From: the human T2T-CHM13v2.0 reference genome, Homo sapiens
Assembly (NCBI RefSeq): GCF_009914755.1
Contig: NC_060948.1
Direction: 5' to 3' (one strand)
Length of the DNA: 64,000 nucleotides
Below the pieces are notes generated by a model. The model was not told the origin of the DNA. It was given only the letters and a program-made list of their open reading frames with translations, and did not search any database. Each line of letters starts with the position of its first letter. Positions within the stretch are counted from its first letter, which is position 1. The position numbers were made by a program, and so were the translations under genes. Below, one piece after another: positions 1 to 14,347 of this stretch.

Positions 1-3000
1 TCATATATCTCTGGAGAGAGACACTGAGACATATTTTAAGAGGGTAAAAATGACTCAGTGGTGACATAATGTGGAGTCCTGCACACAAGCAGCACACATC
101 TACCCACCAGAAAAAAACCCTAGGCCACAGCTCAGTTCCTTCTTTTAAGAAAAAGAAGTGGGAAACTATCTAAGAATGAGGAGAAAGCAAAGTGAATGAC
201 CCCCTTGTGAGCACTCTAGGTTTTATGGCACCTCTACTTGCCAGAGCTTATGTGAAATGGAAGTAATATGTTCTTTATGCACATTTACATTAAGGAAAAC
301 GAGCCCTAAGGATGACCTGCAAACTACAGAGTTCCCAAGTCCTCTTTTTCTCTTTTTTTTTTTCCTTCTTGCTTTAAAACTGCTATTTTTCTATTAAGAT
401 AAAAACTGCTGTTTGGATTTAACAGGTTTTCTTTTTTTTTTTTTTTTTCATGCTGATGAATTTGTATTTACCTCATGGCTACAGTTCTGAAGTAAAAGTT
501 ATAGGATCTTTGTATGTGTGTGTATATGATGTGTGTATATATTTAAGAGGCATTTATAATTTCTATAATTTTATGTTCAATTGTCAATTAAGTCCATTTT
601 AATTTCCCTCGAGCACACCAAACTTTTTCACTCTGTACCTTAGGATGTAAATTTTGCTATTTGATTCTCACCTTAGTTATTTCCTTTAATATGCGAATTT
701 AAGGCTATTCAGCTGAAAATTGTCTAAGATTTTGAAACTGTTTATCAAAAATTTAAAAGTCTAAGATAGGGAAAAAAATTTTATGAATCTATAAGATGTA
801 CTTCTATTGGTATGCCTAATATGTCTATGTATATATGTGTTTTGTACCCAATGTTTTATTACTGAAAATATATAAAGAGCTCTAATTAATTAATTGGCTT
901 AAAATAAAAGTGGTTGAATCAAATACTTTGTCAGGAAAAAAGAAAATACTAGTCGGATGCTTTTTCGAGTTTATGTAACAAGTAAAATCTTTAAGAAATA
1001 AGCTAGGTTTAAAATTATTGTTAAAGTAATATTAGAAATGTCTTAATGGCTAGCATACAATTTTGTTTGCATTTTTTAATCAAGCATTTTTATACTTATC
1101 TCTGCCAAATACTATAAGGTGTTAAAATTTGAAATACGGGTTAAAAAGAATGATTTTTGCTTGTGCAATCTTTAATAAATAATACATTGATATTGGTTTA
1201 ATGAAAACAGCTGCATCTTGAATTTAATAAGATTACTATAACTTCTAATTCTGTGGCTTTAGGCGGTCTAGTCCACAGGCAGTAAGGTTTGTTTTTGGAA
1301 TGGACTGTTATCATCTTTGTTTCAAAGCTAAAATATATAATAAGTTTCTTCCAAAGTTAGTTTGGCCTATGATCATGAATGAACAAGGACAGCTTGAAGG
1401 TTGGAAGCCAGATGTCTCAGTTATAATTTTGCAATGGCAGTTTCATAAGTTCAGCTTTCATTAATAATTTAGATAAACAATTAAAATAAAATAATTAGAT
1501 AAATGTAATAAGATAAATACTTGTAGACAAACTGATCATAATTTAGAATCAAAAGCTACATTAAATTAAATGAGAGATATTTCATTGTGTATTTTCCAAT
1601 AACATTTGTAGAAAAATATTTTTTTCTAAAAAAACTGTGTCTCTTTAGAAAAGTGAGCAATTTTTTTTCGAATTTAAAGCTTATTTTAAGATTATGAAGT
1701 AAGGTAAAAGGAACCAGGAGACAGCAGAGATATAAGAAAGTTATAAAAATAGAGAGATAGGGTTTTTTTTCTTTTGATAAGAAAGCTTAAAGAGAAATAA
1801 TTTTATATGAGAAAGAAATCTTGTATGGTAAATTTAGTATTAGAATAATATGACTGGATGTTTAAGAAAGAGAGATGTTCAGGACAAACCAGAAATTCCA
1901 AGCATGCATGAACAGTCTCTGTAACTCAAAATAGGAGGATTTATATAAAAAATTTAAAATCTTTCATATAGTCAGGTTGTCTATGATTAAAGAGTAATTA
2001 TAATAGTCTTTCTAGTGATTGGGCTTGATGTAAAAAAAACACTTATACACAAAATAATTGGTTAGAACAATAAAATTTTCTTAAGGGATTGATTTATTTG
2101 TAATAAATTATGAGAAATTTAATTGTTTGAACTCAAAGTTCAACTTTTATTGTATCTCACCATTTTCAGTTTTCTCTCCCCTTTTAAAGGGTGAGAAATC
2201 GTAACACTCTCCAACTAATTTTTCAGCTCATATAAGTTTTTTCCTCAAGTTCCTTTTCTTGTGGCCTGATGCTAACAATATTTTCTTAAAGGTATGAAGA
2301 AAATATTTTTTTCCAGCATAATATTATGTGCAGTGCAGAAGGTCTTTTCTTTTGCCTTTTGGTAACTGGCCTAATAGATTTTACAATTTATTGAAAAAAG
2401 TCCTATGTCATTATTATTAAGTTTTGCTTTGCTTAGGAAAAACAACTGAGATTAAAATTTTTTTAAATAAAATTACAGTTATTACATCCATTTATTTTTC
2501 TTTGTGGGCTTTTAAAGTCCTTGTGACACTGAGTTACAATGCTTTGACTCCTGGGTCTAAAAAAGATATCAAGTCCTGCGGAATCCTAAACACTGACAGC
2601 AATTGAAGCCTTGTCATCAGGGCTGGTAGAAGATGTTGATCAAAATAAACTGCATTTCTGAGACACAAGGCCAGAAATTAAAGCTATTCAACTCCTCAAG
2701 TTCCAAGGAGTATCATGGAAGGGGTGGGCATGTGAGATTGTAAGGGCTTGTTTTGAGGGATAAAATAAGTTCAGTTTCTCTATAAATCAATCATGAATGT
2801 CAAAGGCACACTAATGCAAGACCAGCATATGGCCCCTGTGTCAGATTAACAAGGTTTTCTAAAAACATTAACCAATTCTTTAATAAAGGTTATAAAAGGC
2901 TTATGGAAGTTATATCTTAAGGTTAAGATTAAAATTTTATAGATTGTAAATTTTCAAAAACAAATTTAATTGGCTTTATGCTTTTTTTCATTAGGGCTTA

Positions 3001-5166
3001 CTGTTTGGAAAATTAAGTCTCATTTCTCAAAGAATGAAAGTTTTGCCTTTTTTAAAAAACTCAAGTTATCACTTGTGAAATGATTATCTTATTTTAAAAT
3101 AACCTATGATATCAAGTGTTTTAAACCTTTGATATTTGACAAACATTCCAAAACAAAATTATAAACTATGCCTTTTCTGATCTAATTAATCCTTTAAGAT
3201 ATTAGTTTCCCTAAAGTTCAAAAATGACATACTTTTGGCTTACTTGGTATAAAAATTATACAGGAAACATTGCCAAATACGAAATGGTGTTTGGTTTCCT
3301 TTTGGCTGTATTTGTATAAATATGTTATTGGTATGTGTTCCAAAATTATGTGAAACTCCTACAATTCTCATATGACTTAGAATTATAACAAATTTCCTTG
3401 TCAATTGTGTCTTTCTCTATGGCTGCCCTAAAACTTTTTGTCATCCATGGACAATTGTTGTCTTATTTTGGTCCTCTTTAAAGGGTGGTTATATAATCAG
3501 CTATAAAACTCTAACAGGTGCTCTCAGATGCAGGTTTCTGATAACTTTGGAGATTGTGACATCAGAATAGAATAAAAACATTGTCAAATACGAAATGGTG
3601 TTTGGTTTATTTTTGGCTGTATTTATATAAATATGTTATTGGTATGTGTTCCAAAATTATGTGAAACTCCTGTAATTCTCATATGACTTAGCATTATCAG
3701 TAATAATTATAATTATTGTGTTAAATTATTGTGTGCCTCAGACATAGTAAATGTCCTTGTCAATTGTGTCTTTCACTATGGCTGCCCTAAAACTGAAGTC
3801 TTCATGAATATCAAGCAGAACAGAAATTAACTACATGGATTGAACTAATAGAAGACTGAAGTAATGTTTTTGACTTTTTGCTTGAAATGTTGCTGATAGT
3901 TGGTTTTGTTTTTTCAGAGTCAAAAGTAACTTTTCTTTGGAGCTATTGACAGATTTTAATGATTTAGTATACTCTTATGAACAAAAGTTAGAACATACTT
4001 GTTTCACTCTACCTGACTTCTCCAAAATTTGGAAACTCTTCATGAGTATTCTTAACCTATGGCAATACAGTTATTTGCATAAGTACAGTAAGAATCTGCT
4101 TTTATTTATAACAGGCCACAATTGGAAAAACTGGTTATTTTACCAAGGCTTTGACTGAAATGGTGCATTCTCCTTTAAGGAATTGAACTTGATTTATGGA
4201 GCAAATAAAACCCCTTGGGAAAACTGGCCTCATATCTTTGTTTACACAGTTCCTGTACAGGGTTAAAGACCTGTGGTAAGTAAAGAATGTCACTTTCTGA
4301 CAAGCCCAGGATCCCCCAGTTTATCTTGGAACCTCGAGAGTAGAGGAATTCACCCAAGTCATAGATATTTGACTGTACAAATCCATGGCTGGGCTTGGAT
4401 TTAAAAAAGTCTTATCTGAGATTGTTCTATAGAACAAAGTTCCATCAAAGCCAATTTAAAGCCTATATAAAAATAATTATTATTGCTGCACTGTATGCAA
4501 ATAAGCCTAGTATAATACAGCAAATCAGTACTACCATGATTTTTCTTTAGTAAACATGAGAAACTGGAAAGAGAAAAATTATGTTTCAAAAGCTATAGTA
4601 CACCTGTTTTTAGATTCAAGTATTGCCTAATGTTTTTCAATTTTTATTACTTTCTACAGTTTGGACTGAATTTTAACTATGCTTGGCTACAAGTCTTCAT
4701 AATAATGTTTTCAATTATTTCCTTCTTCTTACCCCCATTTTTCCTATTTTGGAATCACTGAAAACTAAGCTATGCTTTCTGAAAGTCCTGAAAACTGAAG
4801 CTAGACAGCTTAAACTTCAGAAGAGAATAACAGAAACCTATTTACATGCATAAACCACTTTCATGCCTTCCTACTGATGTATGGACTTCAGAGTAATGTG
4901 ACCTATATTGATTTTCCAGGATTGTTCTTTTGTTTGTGGTTGTTTTTCTCCCTACCTCTTCTTCTTTTATCTCCAAAGAACATGAGACTTCCCAACCTGC
5001 TAAAAATGAGCTTTCCTAATAACTTGGGATCTACCTGTCTAGGAATAAACACACTAACTACGAGAGATCAGATATAATCTGAGTCCAGAGACTCTTTTCT
5101 TCTAAAATGCTTTCTCCGAAACGTTTTTAAAAAGAAAAGGCGGGGTGGCGGGGAGTCGGGGAGGAA
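1..5166 (+). mobile_element. ERV1 MER4-group internal region (MER4-int-like), non-coding and decayed, cut by the window start
   Basis: AT-rich internal sequence ends in a polypurine tract (AAAGAAAAGGCGGGG...GAGGAA, 5131-5166) directly before a TG-starting LTR. It shares long homology with the MER50 internal region at ~42.3-43.4 kb on the opposite strand. No intact gag/pol/env ORF. Confidence 0.8.
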
Positions 5167-5639
5167 TGTGAAAGGAAATTAAATCTTGAGGACCCCAAAT
5201 CACTAAGCTGAAGGGAAAAGTCAAAGTGGAAACTGCTTAGGGCAAACTTGCCTCCCATTCTATTCAAAGTCACCCCTATGCTCACTGAGATAAATGCATA
5301 TCTGATTGCCACCTTTTGAACAGGTAATCAGAGACTCAAAAAAATGCAACATTTTTTTTTTCTTATCTACCTATGCGCTGGAAGCCCCATCTCTGATTTC
5401 AGTTTCCCTCCTTTGCTTCGAGTTGTCCTGACTTTCTGGACTGATCCAATGTTCATCTTACATATGTTGATTGATGTCTCATGTCCCCCTATAATGTATA
5501 GAACCAAACTGTGCTCTGGCTACCTTGGGCAAGTGTTGTCAGGACCTCATGAGATTGTGTCATGGGTACACATCCTTAACCTTGACGAAATAAAGTTTCT
5601 AAATTAACCAAGACCTGTCTCAGATATTTGGGTTTCACA
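5167..5639 (+). mobile_element. MER4A/MER4A1-like 3' LTR (ERV1)
   Basis: Starts TGTGAAAGGAAATTAAATCTTGAGGACCCCAAATCACTAAG, like the MER4A start; AATAAA near 5589; ends ...GGGTTTCACA; preceded by the PPT. Confidence 0.85.
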
Positions 5640-6779
5640 CATTAAAATAGATAAAATAAAATACACAGATTCATGAAGAAAACAAATTATGTGGGAATAT
5701 AGTTACGGAAATATTTTTATGGTAATATAGTTATGGAAATAAGAATATATATTATTTGTGTTATCCCATTAATTAACAAGATATACTAGCTGACATCAAT
5801 TTGGAGTTGTGATAAGTGTAAATGATATTTCATGATCTTTCATGCAGCAAGAGTAATATGATGTAAAAATACTCATGGTTTCTATGAGTAACAAAGTCAT
5901 AGGACAACTAATTTTGCTGTGATTTGTTGTTTACATCCATAATAGAGGAGAATACTAATGTTCAGGTTAGTGAAGAAATACAGTTTTTTCTACAATCACA
6001 TTTGCATATTCCTGAATTTCCCCAGATTAAGAGCTCCTCTTAAAAAGTTTACAGTTTGCTCCCAGAAGAACGATTCAATGTATTGCTTTTAATGGCTTTT
6101 ATAGAAGATAATCTGTAGAAAAATGAAAAAGGCCACTGTGACATAACTATTGTGATATAATGTCTCTGATTTTCTATATAGTATCAGTTTGATTTCCTTG
6201 AGGATATGAAGGATCTACTAAGCAGGAAACTTGGCATTATTAATGTGAGGTAATTAAATTCTTAATCAACCTAACTTCCTTATTTCCTAGAAACACAAAT
6301 TATGCCCAAGGATGCAAACACCAGGAAGCTGTCATAAAATTCTGTATTGAATTTACAGAATAAATATTCTAATTTCTGGCAAATCATATATGAATAAGTT
6401 TTTTGTTTAAGCAAAACAAAGAAATACAACAATGTTTGCATTTTTAAACAGAAACGCTAGTAAAAATTGTCAAATATTATTTAATATCCAGAGAATGTTT
6501 CCAATTAACAGTCAGTAACACTCCACTAAGCTCCCAAATCAGTCATCTTAAATTCTATAACCAGAAAACTTAGTGCATAGGAAAACCAGCACATGACACA
6601 AGGCTTACTATAGTGCCTTTATGACTTATATGTATGTTTATCTAAATTTATAAAATCTTCTTCATAAATAAAATTTATGAACTTACGGAAGATGTACATA
6701 AATTTTAACTAATTTATCCTACTTAATAGAATCCTGGTGAAATACAACAGAGGTATTACTGGCCTTCACCATGAACTGG

Positions 6780-7818
6780 TGACAAGGGATTAATGACAAG
6801 AACACATATGAAGCTCAAACAAGTCTACAGGAAGTAATGTAATAATCTGATCAAAATAGGCAAAAGATTTGAATTGGCTTTTTCTCAAAAGAAGACATAT
6901 AAATGGCTAACATGCATATGAAAATGAAATGCAAATCAAAAGTACAATGAAATATCATTTCACCTCTGTTAAAATGGCTTACATCCAAAAGACAGGCAAT
7001 AACAAATGCTGACAAGGATGTGGAGAAAAGGGAACCCTTTTACGCTGTTCTTGGGAATGTAAAGTATCACAACCATTATGGAGAACAGTTTGGAGGCTCC
7101 CCAAAAATCTAAAACTAGAGCTACCATATTATTCACCCATCCACTGCTTGGTATATACCTAAAATAAGAAAATTAATATATTGAAGAGATATCTGCACTG
7201 CCATGTTTGTTGCAACACTGTTAGCCAAAAGTTGGAAGCAACCAAAGTGTCCATCAACACATGAATGGATAGAAAATTGTAGTACTTACACACAAATGAG
7301 TAGCATTCAGCCACAAAGAAAAAGATTCTGTCACTTGCAACAACATGGACAGAACTGGAGGTCATTATACTAAGTGAAATAAGCCAGGCACAGAAAGACA
7401 AACTTTGTAAGTTCTCACTTATTTGTGGTATCTAAAAACCAAAATAATTGAACTCATAGATATAGAGAGTAGAAGGATGGTTACCAGAGGCTGGATAGCA
7501 TAGTGGGGAATTGGAGAGGTTGTGGGTGATGATTAAAGGGTACAAAAAATAGTTAGAAAGAAGGAATAAGACCTATTATTTGGTAGCACAATCGGGTGAC
7601 TATAGACAGTAATACAACAATAATTTAGCTGTACATTTTAAAATAACTAAAAGAGCATAATTTGTATTGTTTGTAACACAAAGGATAAATGCTTGAGTGG
7701 ATGGTATCCCATTCTCCATAATGTGATTATTATGCACTGCATGCCTGTATCAAAACATCTCATATACTCCATAAATATATACAACAACAATACCCACAAA
7801 AGTTAAAAATTAAAAAAG
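6780..7818 (+). mobile_element. L1MA (L1MA2/3-like) 5'-truncated LINE: end of ORF2 plus 3' UTR
   Basis: Typical ORF2 C-terminal sequence (CTCAAAAGAAGACATATAAATGG...; GCAACAACATGGACAGAACTGGAGG), an L1MA-type 3' UTR (GGTTACCAGAGGCTGG...GTAACACAAAGGATAAATGCTTGAG) and an A-rich tail. Confidence 0.85.
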
Positions 7819-9240
7819 AATATGCTGAAACAACTGATAAAAGTTCCATCAGTTGTATACATTTGTTTCAATTCTATATGCAGTAGTCCTTGATTTGGTT
7901 CACTTGAAGTGACATTTTGGTAATAGTTGAAGATTTAGTAGTTTTCTAAAGTCTTAATTTCAACTACTTTAAATATTGTAAAGGACAGATGCCTGAAGCC
8001 AAATAAGTCTCTATATTGGTACTCAATCAACGGTGTCTACTCTCTTGAGCTAATTGTATTTACCATTTCTGGAATATTTCAGATTGCCCACCAATAGATT
8101 CCCTCTGAATGTTTTCTTTATTTTTCTCTGTGTCCTTACAATCAGTCACTTTCATGTAGATAACCAGAGCTTTAGTTTGTTTCAAGAAGTTGAGACAGCT
8201 TAACTAATTAGTTATACCTGGTAGATGTAGATGTATTATACCTGATAGAAATGACTACTCATATGACATCTAGGCAGAGTGTAGGACTACTTTAAGTTAA
8301 GCTAACATTATCTATGTTGAGAAATGGGAAAAAAATCCATTAGGTCTGCTTGAGTTGTAAAGAGGCACAAGCAGTGCAGGAGATGGAAGTTGTGAGCAAG
8401 TATTGAGTGAGTGTGCACATGTCATATAGAACTGCCCTAAAGGCAGTTCAGGGAATAGAAGTGATTTCCTTGTAGAGGCCTGAATAACACAGGACAGAAA
8501 AGTGCTATTCCCCTGATATTATTTAATAACATATTAATATTTCATATTTGAGGCCGATATTTAGTGCCATTCATCAGCTTCAAAAGCAATCTATAAAGGA
8601 AACCACATAAATCAATTAAGATTTGGAGCAGAATTAAATAAAAGAGAGGTTAAATAAAGGACATTGGGAGATAAAAGGGAGAAGAAGAGTCAATGGTGGT
8701 ATTTTTGTTTTGCTTTCTGCACACATTAAATGAGAATAAGTGTATTGAGGGAGCTGTGGTAGAATAAGGTTAGGCATGGCCTTGTAAAGTCTTTGTAGTA
8801 AAGTTATATTTTACACATGATTAAAAGTAGATACACAAAGAGAGTATGTGTTGGAAATCTAATTAATTTCTAAATAAGTGTATTATGTTTATTACATATA
8901 GGCTGAATTATGCTGATTTCCTATATAATTAGTCTTATTAAAGAGGTTTATTTGTTGTTGTCTTAATTTTTATGAGTAAATAACTAACATGATTCTCAAC
9001 TCATGTACAGAAATGAGACTGACACTTGAAAATGCATCAATAAAAGATAACCCGTAACATTTGAAAATCATAGCTGGTGGTTCTACTAAGTGGATATAAG
9101 ATAGATTTTCTTCAGAAATGTGCTCATCCCATAAATCCATAAATGAGAAAGGAAGTTTGGATTGAACAATACAGTTATTTACAAAGAATGTTGCACAAGT
9201 AGGATTGTGTTAAATTGTCAAATATTTTTCATATGGGGAC

Positions 9241-9818
9241 TGTATTAGTCAGGGTTCTCCAGAGAAACAGAAACAACAGAATACATACATACATATATAC
9301 ATACATACAAGTGGGGATTTATTGTGAGAATTGGCTCCTGTGATTATGGAAGCCAAGAATTTCCTCTATGCCATCTTCAAGCTGGAGAATCAGAAAAGCC
9401 AATGGTATAATTTAGTCTGAGTCCAAACATATGAGAACCAGGGGAGCAGATAATATCACTCTCAGTCCAAGGCCAAAGGCCTGAGAACCAAGAAGAGGCA
9501 GCACTAATATGTCCCACAGTCTGAAGGTCCAAGAACCAGCAGTTTCAATGCCCAAGGGCAGCAGAAGATGGCTATTCCAGCTCAAGGAAAATTAGAGTGA
9601 ACTCACTCTTCTTCTGCCTTTTTATTCTATTTGAGCCTCAGTGGACTGGATGATGCCCATTCAAATTGGTAATGGTGGATCATCTTTATTCAGCATACTC
9701 ACTCAAATACCAGTCTCTTCTGGAAAAAGCTTCACAAACATACACAAAAATAATATTTTACTAGCTATCTGGATGTTCATTAAGACAGTCAAGTTGACGC
9801 ATAAAATTACCCATCACA
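9241..9818 (-). mobile_element. MLT2B-like solo LTR (ERVL)
   Basis: Reverse complement starts TGTGATGGGTAATTTTATGCGTCAACTTGAC and ends ...CCCTGACTAATACA. Flanked by GGGAC/GGAAC (4/5 TSD). Internal (TACA)n at ~9281-9308. Confidence 0.85.
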
Positions 9819-10625
9819 GGAACAAAGATACATTTGCTTGACAATAGGGCTGGTACATATGAGCTGTGAGGTAGTTTAAGAAGTAATTAAAATGTAGAAT
9901 GCCATCTTGAACAATTTTTATTTAAAGAAAGACTGCTTTCTGAGAGAATACAGATTGTACAATTCATTATAAGAAATAAGATATTTAAGACATTTGCCAA
10001 AGATAAGGTCATAAAACAAAAATCATGTTATCATGACTAAGCCAATGCTGAAAACCAAAGAAGAAAGAGAATCTGACATAACTGAGCTAGCAGCATTTGA
10101 CTAAAGGAATGTGAGAAAAAATATTGAGTATGTAAAATAATACAGAAAACAGCATAAGAGAGTTTTATCAAGACATGCTTTAAACAATGATGAAGGGAAA
10201 ATAAGAGACTAACAATTAATTAATTAAGCATAAGTTATGAGAAAAAAATAGAAATGAACCAGAACCTATAGCTAAGGAAGAAAAAAGAAAAGAAAAAAAA
10301 TAATTTTTGCAAGGCGAAGAAGATGAGCTGCTATTGCTTTGAAAAAAAAATGTTATTTTTAAGTTCCAAGGAAAGGAACAAGTTAAAAAGAGAAACGCAT
10401 AAGCCATTAAAGAACAAGAAAACAAAACTAACTTCAGCTTTGTCTTGCACATTTCTGAGAAGGTCATCAAGTAGCAAAATCTTAGAGAAAGAGGAGTAGC
10501 ATAGAACCTTGTTTTAATAGTTAAAAGAAAAACAAGATACATAAAAAATTAATAGATGTTCTTACAGATTTGTTTGCATCAAACATTAAAAGAGTATTTA
10601 TGTAGTCAATAAAATTGATGTTATG

Positions 10626-11738
10626 CCAAAGACTGCAAAAGCAATTGTTACAAAAGCAAAAATTGACAAATGAGACCTAATTGAAGCTCTTCAGAGCTCC
10701 TGCACAGCAAAAGAAACTATCAACAGAGTAAATAGACAACCTACAGAATGAGAAAAAATATTTGCAAACTATGCATCCAACAAAGGTCTAATATCCAGAA
10801 TCTATAAGTAACTTAAACAAATCAACAAGCAAAAATCAAACAATCCCATTTTTTAAAATTGGGCTGAAGATTTGAACAAACACTTCTCAAAAGAAGACAT
10901 ACATGTGGCCAAAAAGCATATGAAAAAATGCTCAGCATCACTAATTATTAGCAAATTGCTTATTAAAACCACAATAATTTACAATCTCACACCAGTCAGA
11001 ATGGCTATTACTACAAAGTAAGAAACGAAACAAAACAAAACAAAAAAAAGATGCTGGTGAGATTGTGGAGAAAAGAGAACCCTTATACACTGCTGGCGAG
11101 AATGCAAATTAGTTCAGCCACTGTTGAAAGAAGTCTGAGGATTTCTCAACGAACTTAAACAGAACTACCATTCAATGCAGCAATCCCATTCCTGGATATA
11201 TACCCGAAGGAATATAAAACTTTCTACTATAAATAAGCATGCATGTATATGTTCATTGCAGCACTACTCACAATAGCAGAGACATGGAGTTAACCTAAAT
11301 ACCCATCAACAGTGGCATGGATAAAAAAAAACTGTGGTACATATACACAGTGGAATCCTATGTAGCTATAAGAAAAAATAAAATCATGTCATTTGTATCA
11401 ATATGAAGGGAATTGGAGGCAATTGTTCTAATCAAATTAACACAGAACCACAATATCTAATACCGCATATTTTGACTTATAAGTAGGAGCTAAATATTGA
11501 GTATATATGGACACAAAGGAAAAAACAATAGATACCGGGGCCTACTTGAGGGTGGAGGGTAGGAGGAAGGTGAGGGTCATAAGACTCCCTGTCGGGTGAT
11601 GTGCTCATTACCCAAGTAGTAAAATAATCTGTACATTAAACCCTTGCAACATGCAATTAACCCATGTAATATACCTGCACAGGTACCCTCTGAACTTACA
11701 ATAAAAGTTGGAGAGAAAAACAAAATTAAAAAATAAAT
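10626..11738 (+). mobile_element. L1PA15/16-like 5'-truncated LINE
   Basis: ORF2 C-terminus and 3' UTR (GGCCTACTTGAGGGTGGAGGG...AATAAAAGTTGG) with an A-rich tail. TSD-like AAAATTGATGTTATG (10611-10625) and AAAGGTGATGTTATG (11739-11753). Confidence 0.85.
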
Positions 11739-11826
11739 AAAGGTGATGTTATGGGAAAAGAAAAACATATAGAGAGTAAAAGTGCAACAAATCCGTGTGT
11801 ACTATAGGATCTTTGTAAAAAATATA

Positions 11827-12473
11827 AAGTTGATTTTTATTATTCACTGTAGTTTTGTTCTGTAAAGTTGCTGTGAACATTTAATTAGTAAATACGGATC
11901 CATTTCTCCTAGGGGAAATAAATGGGTTTCTTTGAGCGTCTGGTCACAACATATTTGTTAACAAGTCAATATATAGCATTGTTTTATGTGTGTTTTTGTT
12001 TAAAGACAGCTTATTTAATATATACTGTTGATGTATTGACATTGAACTCATGGCCAGCAGCGTTATGACTCATGCCTGAATTAAACTTTTCTAACACAGG
12101 TATTTTCTCCACGAGGCGAAAATACACATCACAGCCTTCTTGCACTTAGGAACTGTAAATGTCACCTTATTACTGTGCTTGGGGATCATTTTAGACAGTG
12201 AAATCACATATAAAAAGCACAACATTGAAAAAAAAATACGGCACTAAATCGACCGTGAACGTATGCTTGTTTACAGTAGGAGAGCTGAAACAACAAGGTA
12301 GTGTCTCATTGTTTGACCTTAGCTGAGAATATGTGCATGAAGTGATGAAATTTTTTTTCACTGCTCTGTGCATATCCTTCAATGACAGTAAAAGTGCTGT
12401 ATTAATTTGGGTATAACAAGTTTTAGTTAGTAGACAAAATGGCAAATATGGAACTTACAAATAATTAAGACTG
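11827..12473 (-). mobile_element. MER82 (TcMar-Tigger non-autonomous DNA transposon)
   Basis: Reverse complement follows MER82 collinearly (TTGTTTCAGCTCTCCTACTGTAAACAAG...GTTCCTAAGTGCAAGAAGGCTGTGATGTG...TTTCCCCTAGGAG), with degenerate CAGT-type termini. Confidence 0.85.
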
Positions 12474-12702
12474 TTATCTCTATGTTTCTATATCTTTATC
12501 TCTATACTGCTATTTCAGTGTCATCTCTCTATTTATTTATCCTTTTTGAGAGAGAGAAAGGGAAGGAGAAAGAGGGAGAGACTGGAAAAACGTATTCAAA
12601 AATACTAACATTATTTTTCTTGGAGAAAAGCTTATGAGTAGTTCCCATTTTGTTTTTCTTTCCTACAACTTCTAGTTAGTCTAGAGTGAATGTGTATTGC
12701 TT

Positions 12703-12829
12703 TTTCTTTTTGTAAGAAATGCGGTCTTGCTATGTTGCCAAGGCTAGTCTCGAACTCCTGGCCTTGAGCAATCCTCCTGTCTTTGCCTCTCAAAGTGCTG
12801 GGATTAGTCAGGACCAAGCATTACCAGCC
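12703..12829 (-). mobile_element. FLAM-C / Alu left monomer
   Basis: T-tract followed by GGTCTTGCTATGTTGCCAAGGCTAGTCTCGAACTCCTGG...CAAAGTGCTGGGATTA; TATTGCTTTT on both flanks as TSD. Confidence 0.85.
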
Positions 12830-14347
12830 TTTTATTGCTTTTATAACAAGTATTCTGAGAAGTTATTTTATTTTGTAAAGAAAAGCATTATTAATTTTAT
12901 AAGTAACACAATATTAAAAGAAAGTAATGAAGCTATAATTAAATTCAGATGGATAGAAGAATGCGTAATTGAAATTAGAAACAAATAGTGCACACAGAAT
13001 TAAATATAGATAGGTACAGCCATAGTTTATGAGACTCTAGAGGGGAAACTAAAAGAAAAAGAAGAACAAAAGAAAATAAGAATTTAGATTCATCGCATTT
13101 GTGAAAAGAATTGGTTGCTAGTAGCTGTGTATGGGGTGTCGGTTATCATTTGAAAAACTGAAATTACAAAATGTAAGCTTATTTCTATAATTCAAGAAAT
13201 GTTTATTATGATGCTTCCTGGGAAAGAGAATATTGCCATTTATGCTGGGGAACTTTGTGATATAATATAAATTAGTGTGTGTTGTTGTTTCTCTTCCTTT
13301 GGTACTGTGAATGTTGTTCTCTGTAATAGTATAAAATGGGTTTAGTCCAGATAAGAAGTTGAAGCAATAAAGCATGATTTTATTCAGACTCTTTAATGTT
13401 TTATTATTTTTAATTTAATATACTAATATTAAATATTTTATTAGCTACACTAATAAAGACAGCATGATAAGTATCAGAGTAAGTATAGACGTAAAAAACA
13501 ATGGAATGGAATGTTATCGGCGTAACAATTATGACTTCACCAGAGAGAAAAACCCTTGAGATAGTCAAAGTTCTGTTATGCTTTACCTGGTTATAAACCA
13601 TACTTCAACAGAGCTATAATTTGGATAGGCCGTTTAGTTTTTAATTATCAAAAATATTCAATTTATAATAGATAACTTTTTATTCATTAAAATTACTGCT
13701 TTAAATTTTACAATGATCTGATTTATAACTAATAACAAACTGAGCTTATGACTAATTTAGTGGTATTGGTAAATATAATTGAGCATCTTTATTTAAAGAT
13801 AAGTTCATAACCAGTTCTTCTGATTGGTATTTTGCATTATGATTACTCAAATAACATTTAACCATTGCTTCCGTATCCTCTGCCAAGAGCTACAGTCAAT
13901 GTTTCTCCCATTTTTATTTAGCACAGATGAAACGTGACACATAATCCATATTATTAATTCTAGACTGAATCCCTGGAAAATGTTACACTTGATTTCCCCC
14001 TGAAGAGTACCCAAAAGAGCCATAGTGTTCAAAGTCACACTTATGATTAATGTACTAAACATTTTACTATGTTACATGGGCTGAATATTTAGTATTATCA
14101 GTGTGCCTTCAGGAAAAAAAAAAAACCTCTTTAAAAGTGAAAATTTCAATTAATTAAACCATGAATTTTTTCTCCAACAGACCAAACCTCCTACTAAAAT
14201 GTGTTTTTTATTGCAGTAAGTAAATCAAATGGTCTGACAGGAGTACTGTGGAAATTCCATTAAAATAATTACAATATTCACCGAACTCTCATTTCTTCAT
14301 CCGCATTTTGAATATCTCCTTGCAATACATCTTCGGGTTGCCTATAT

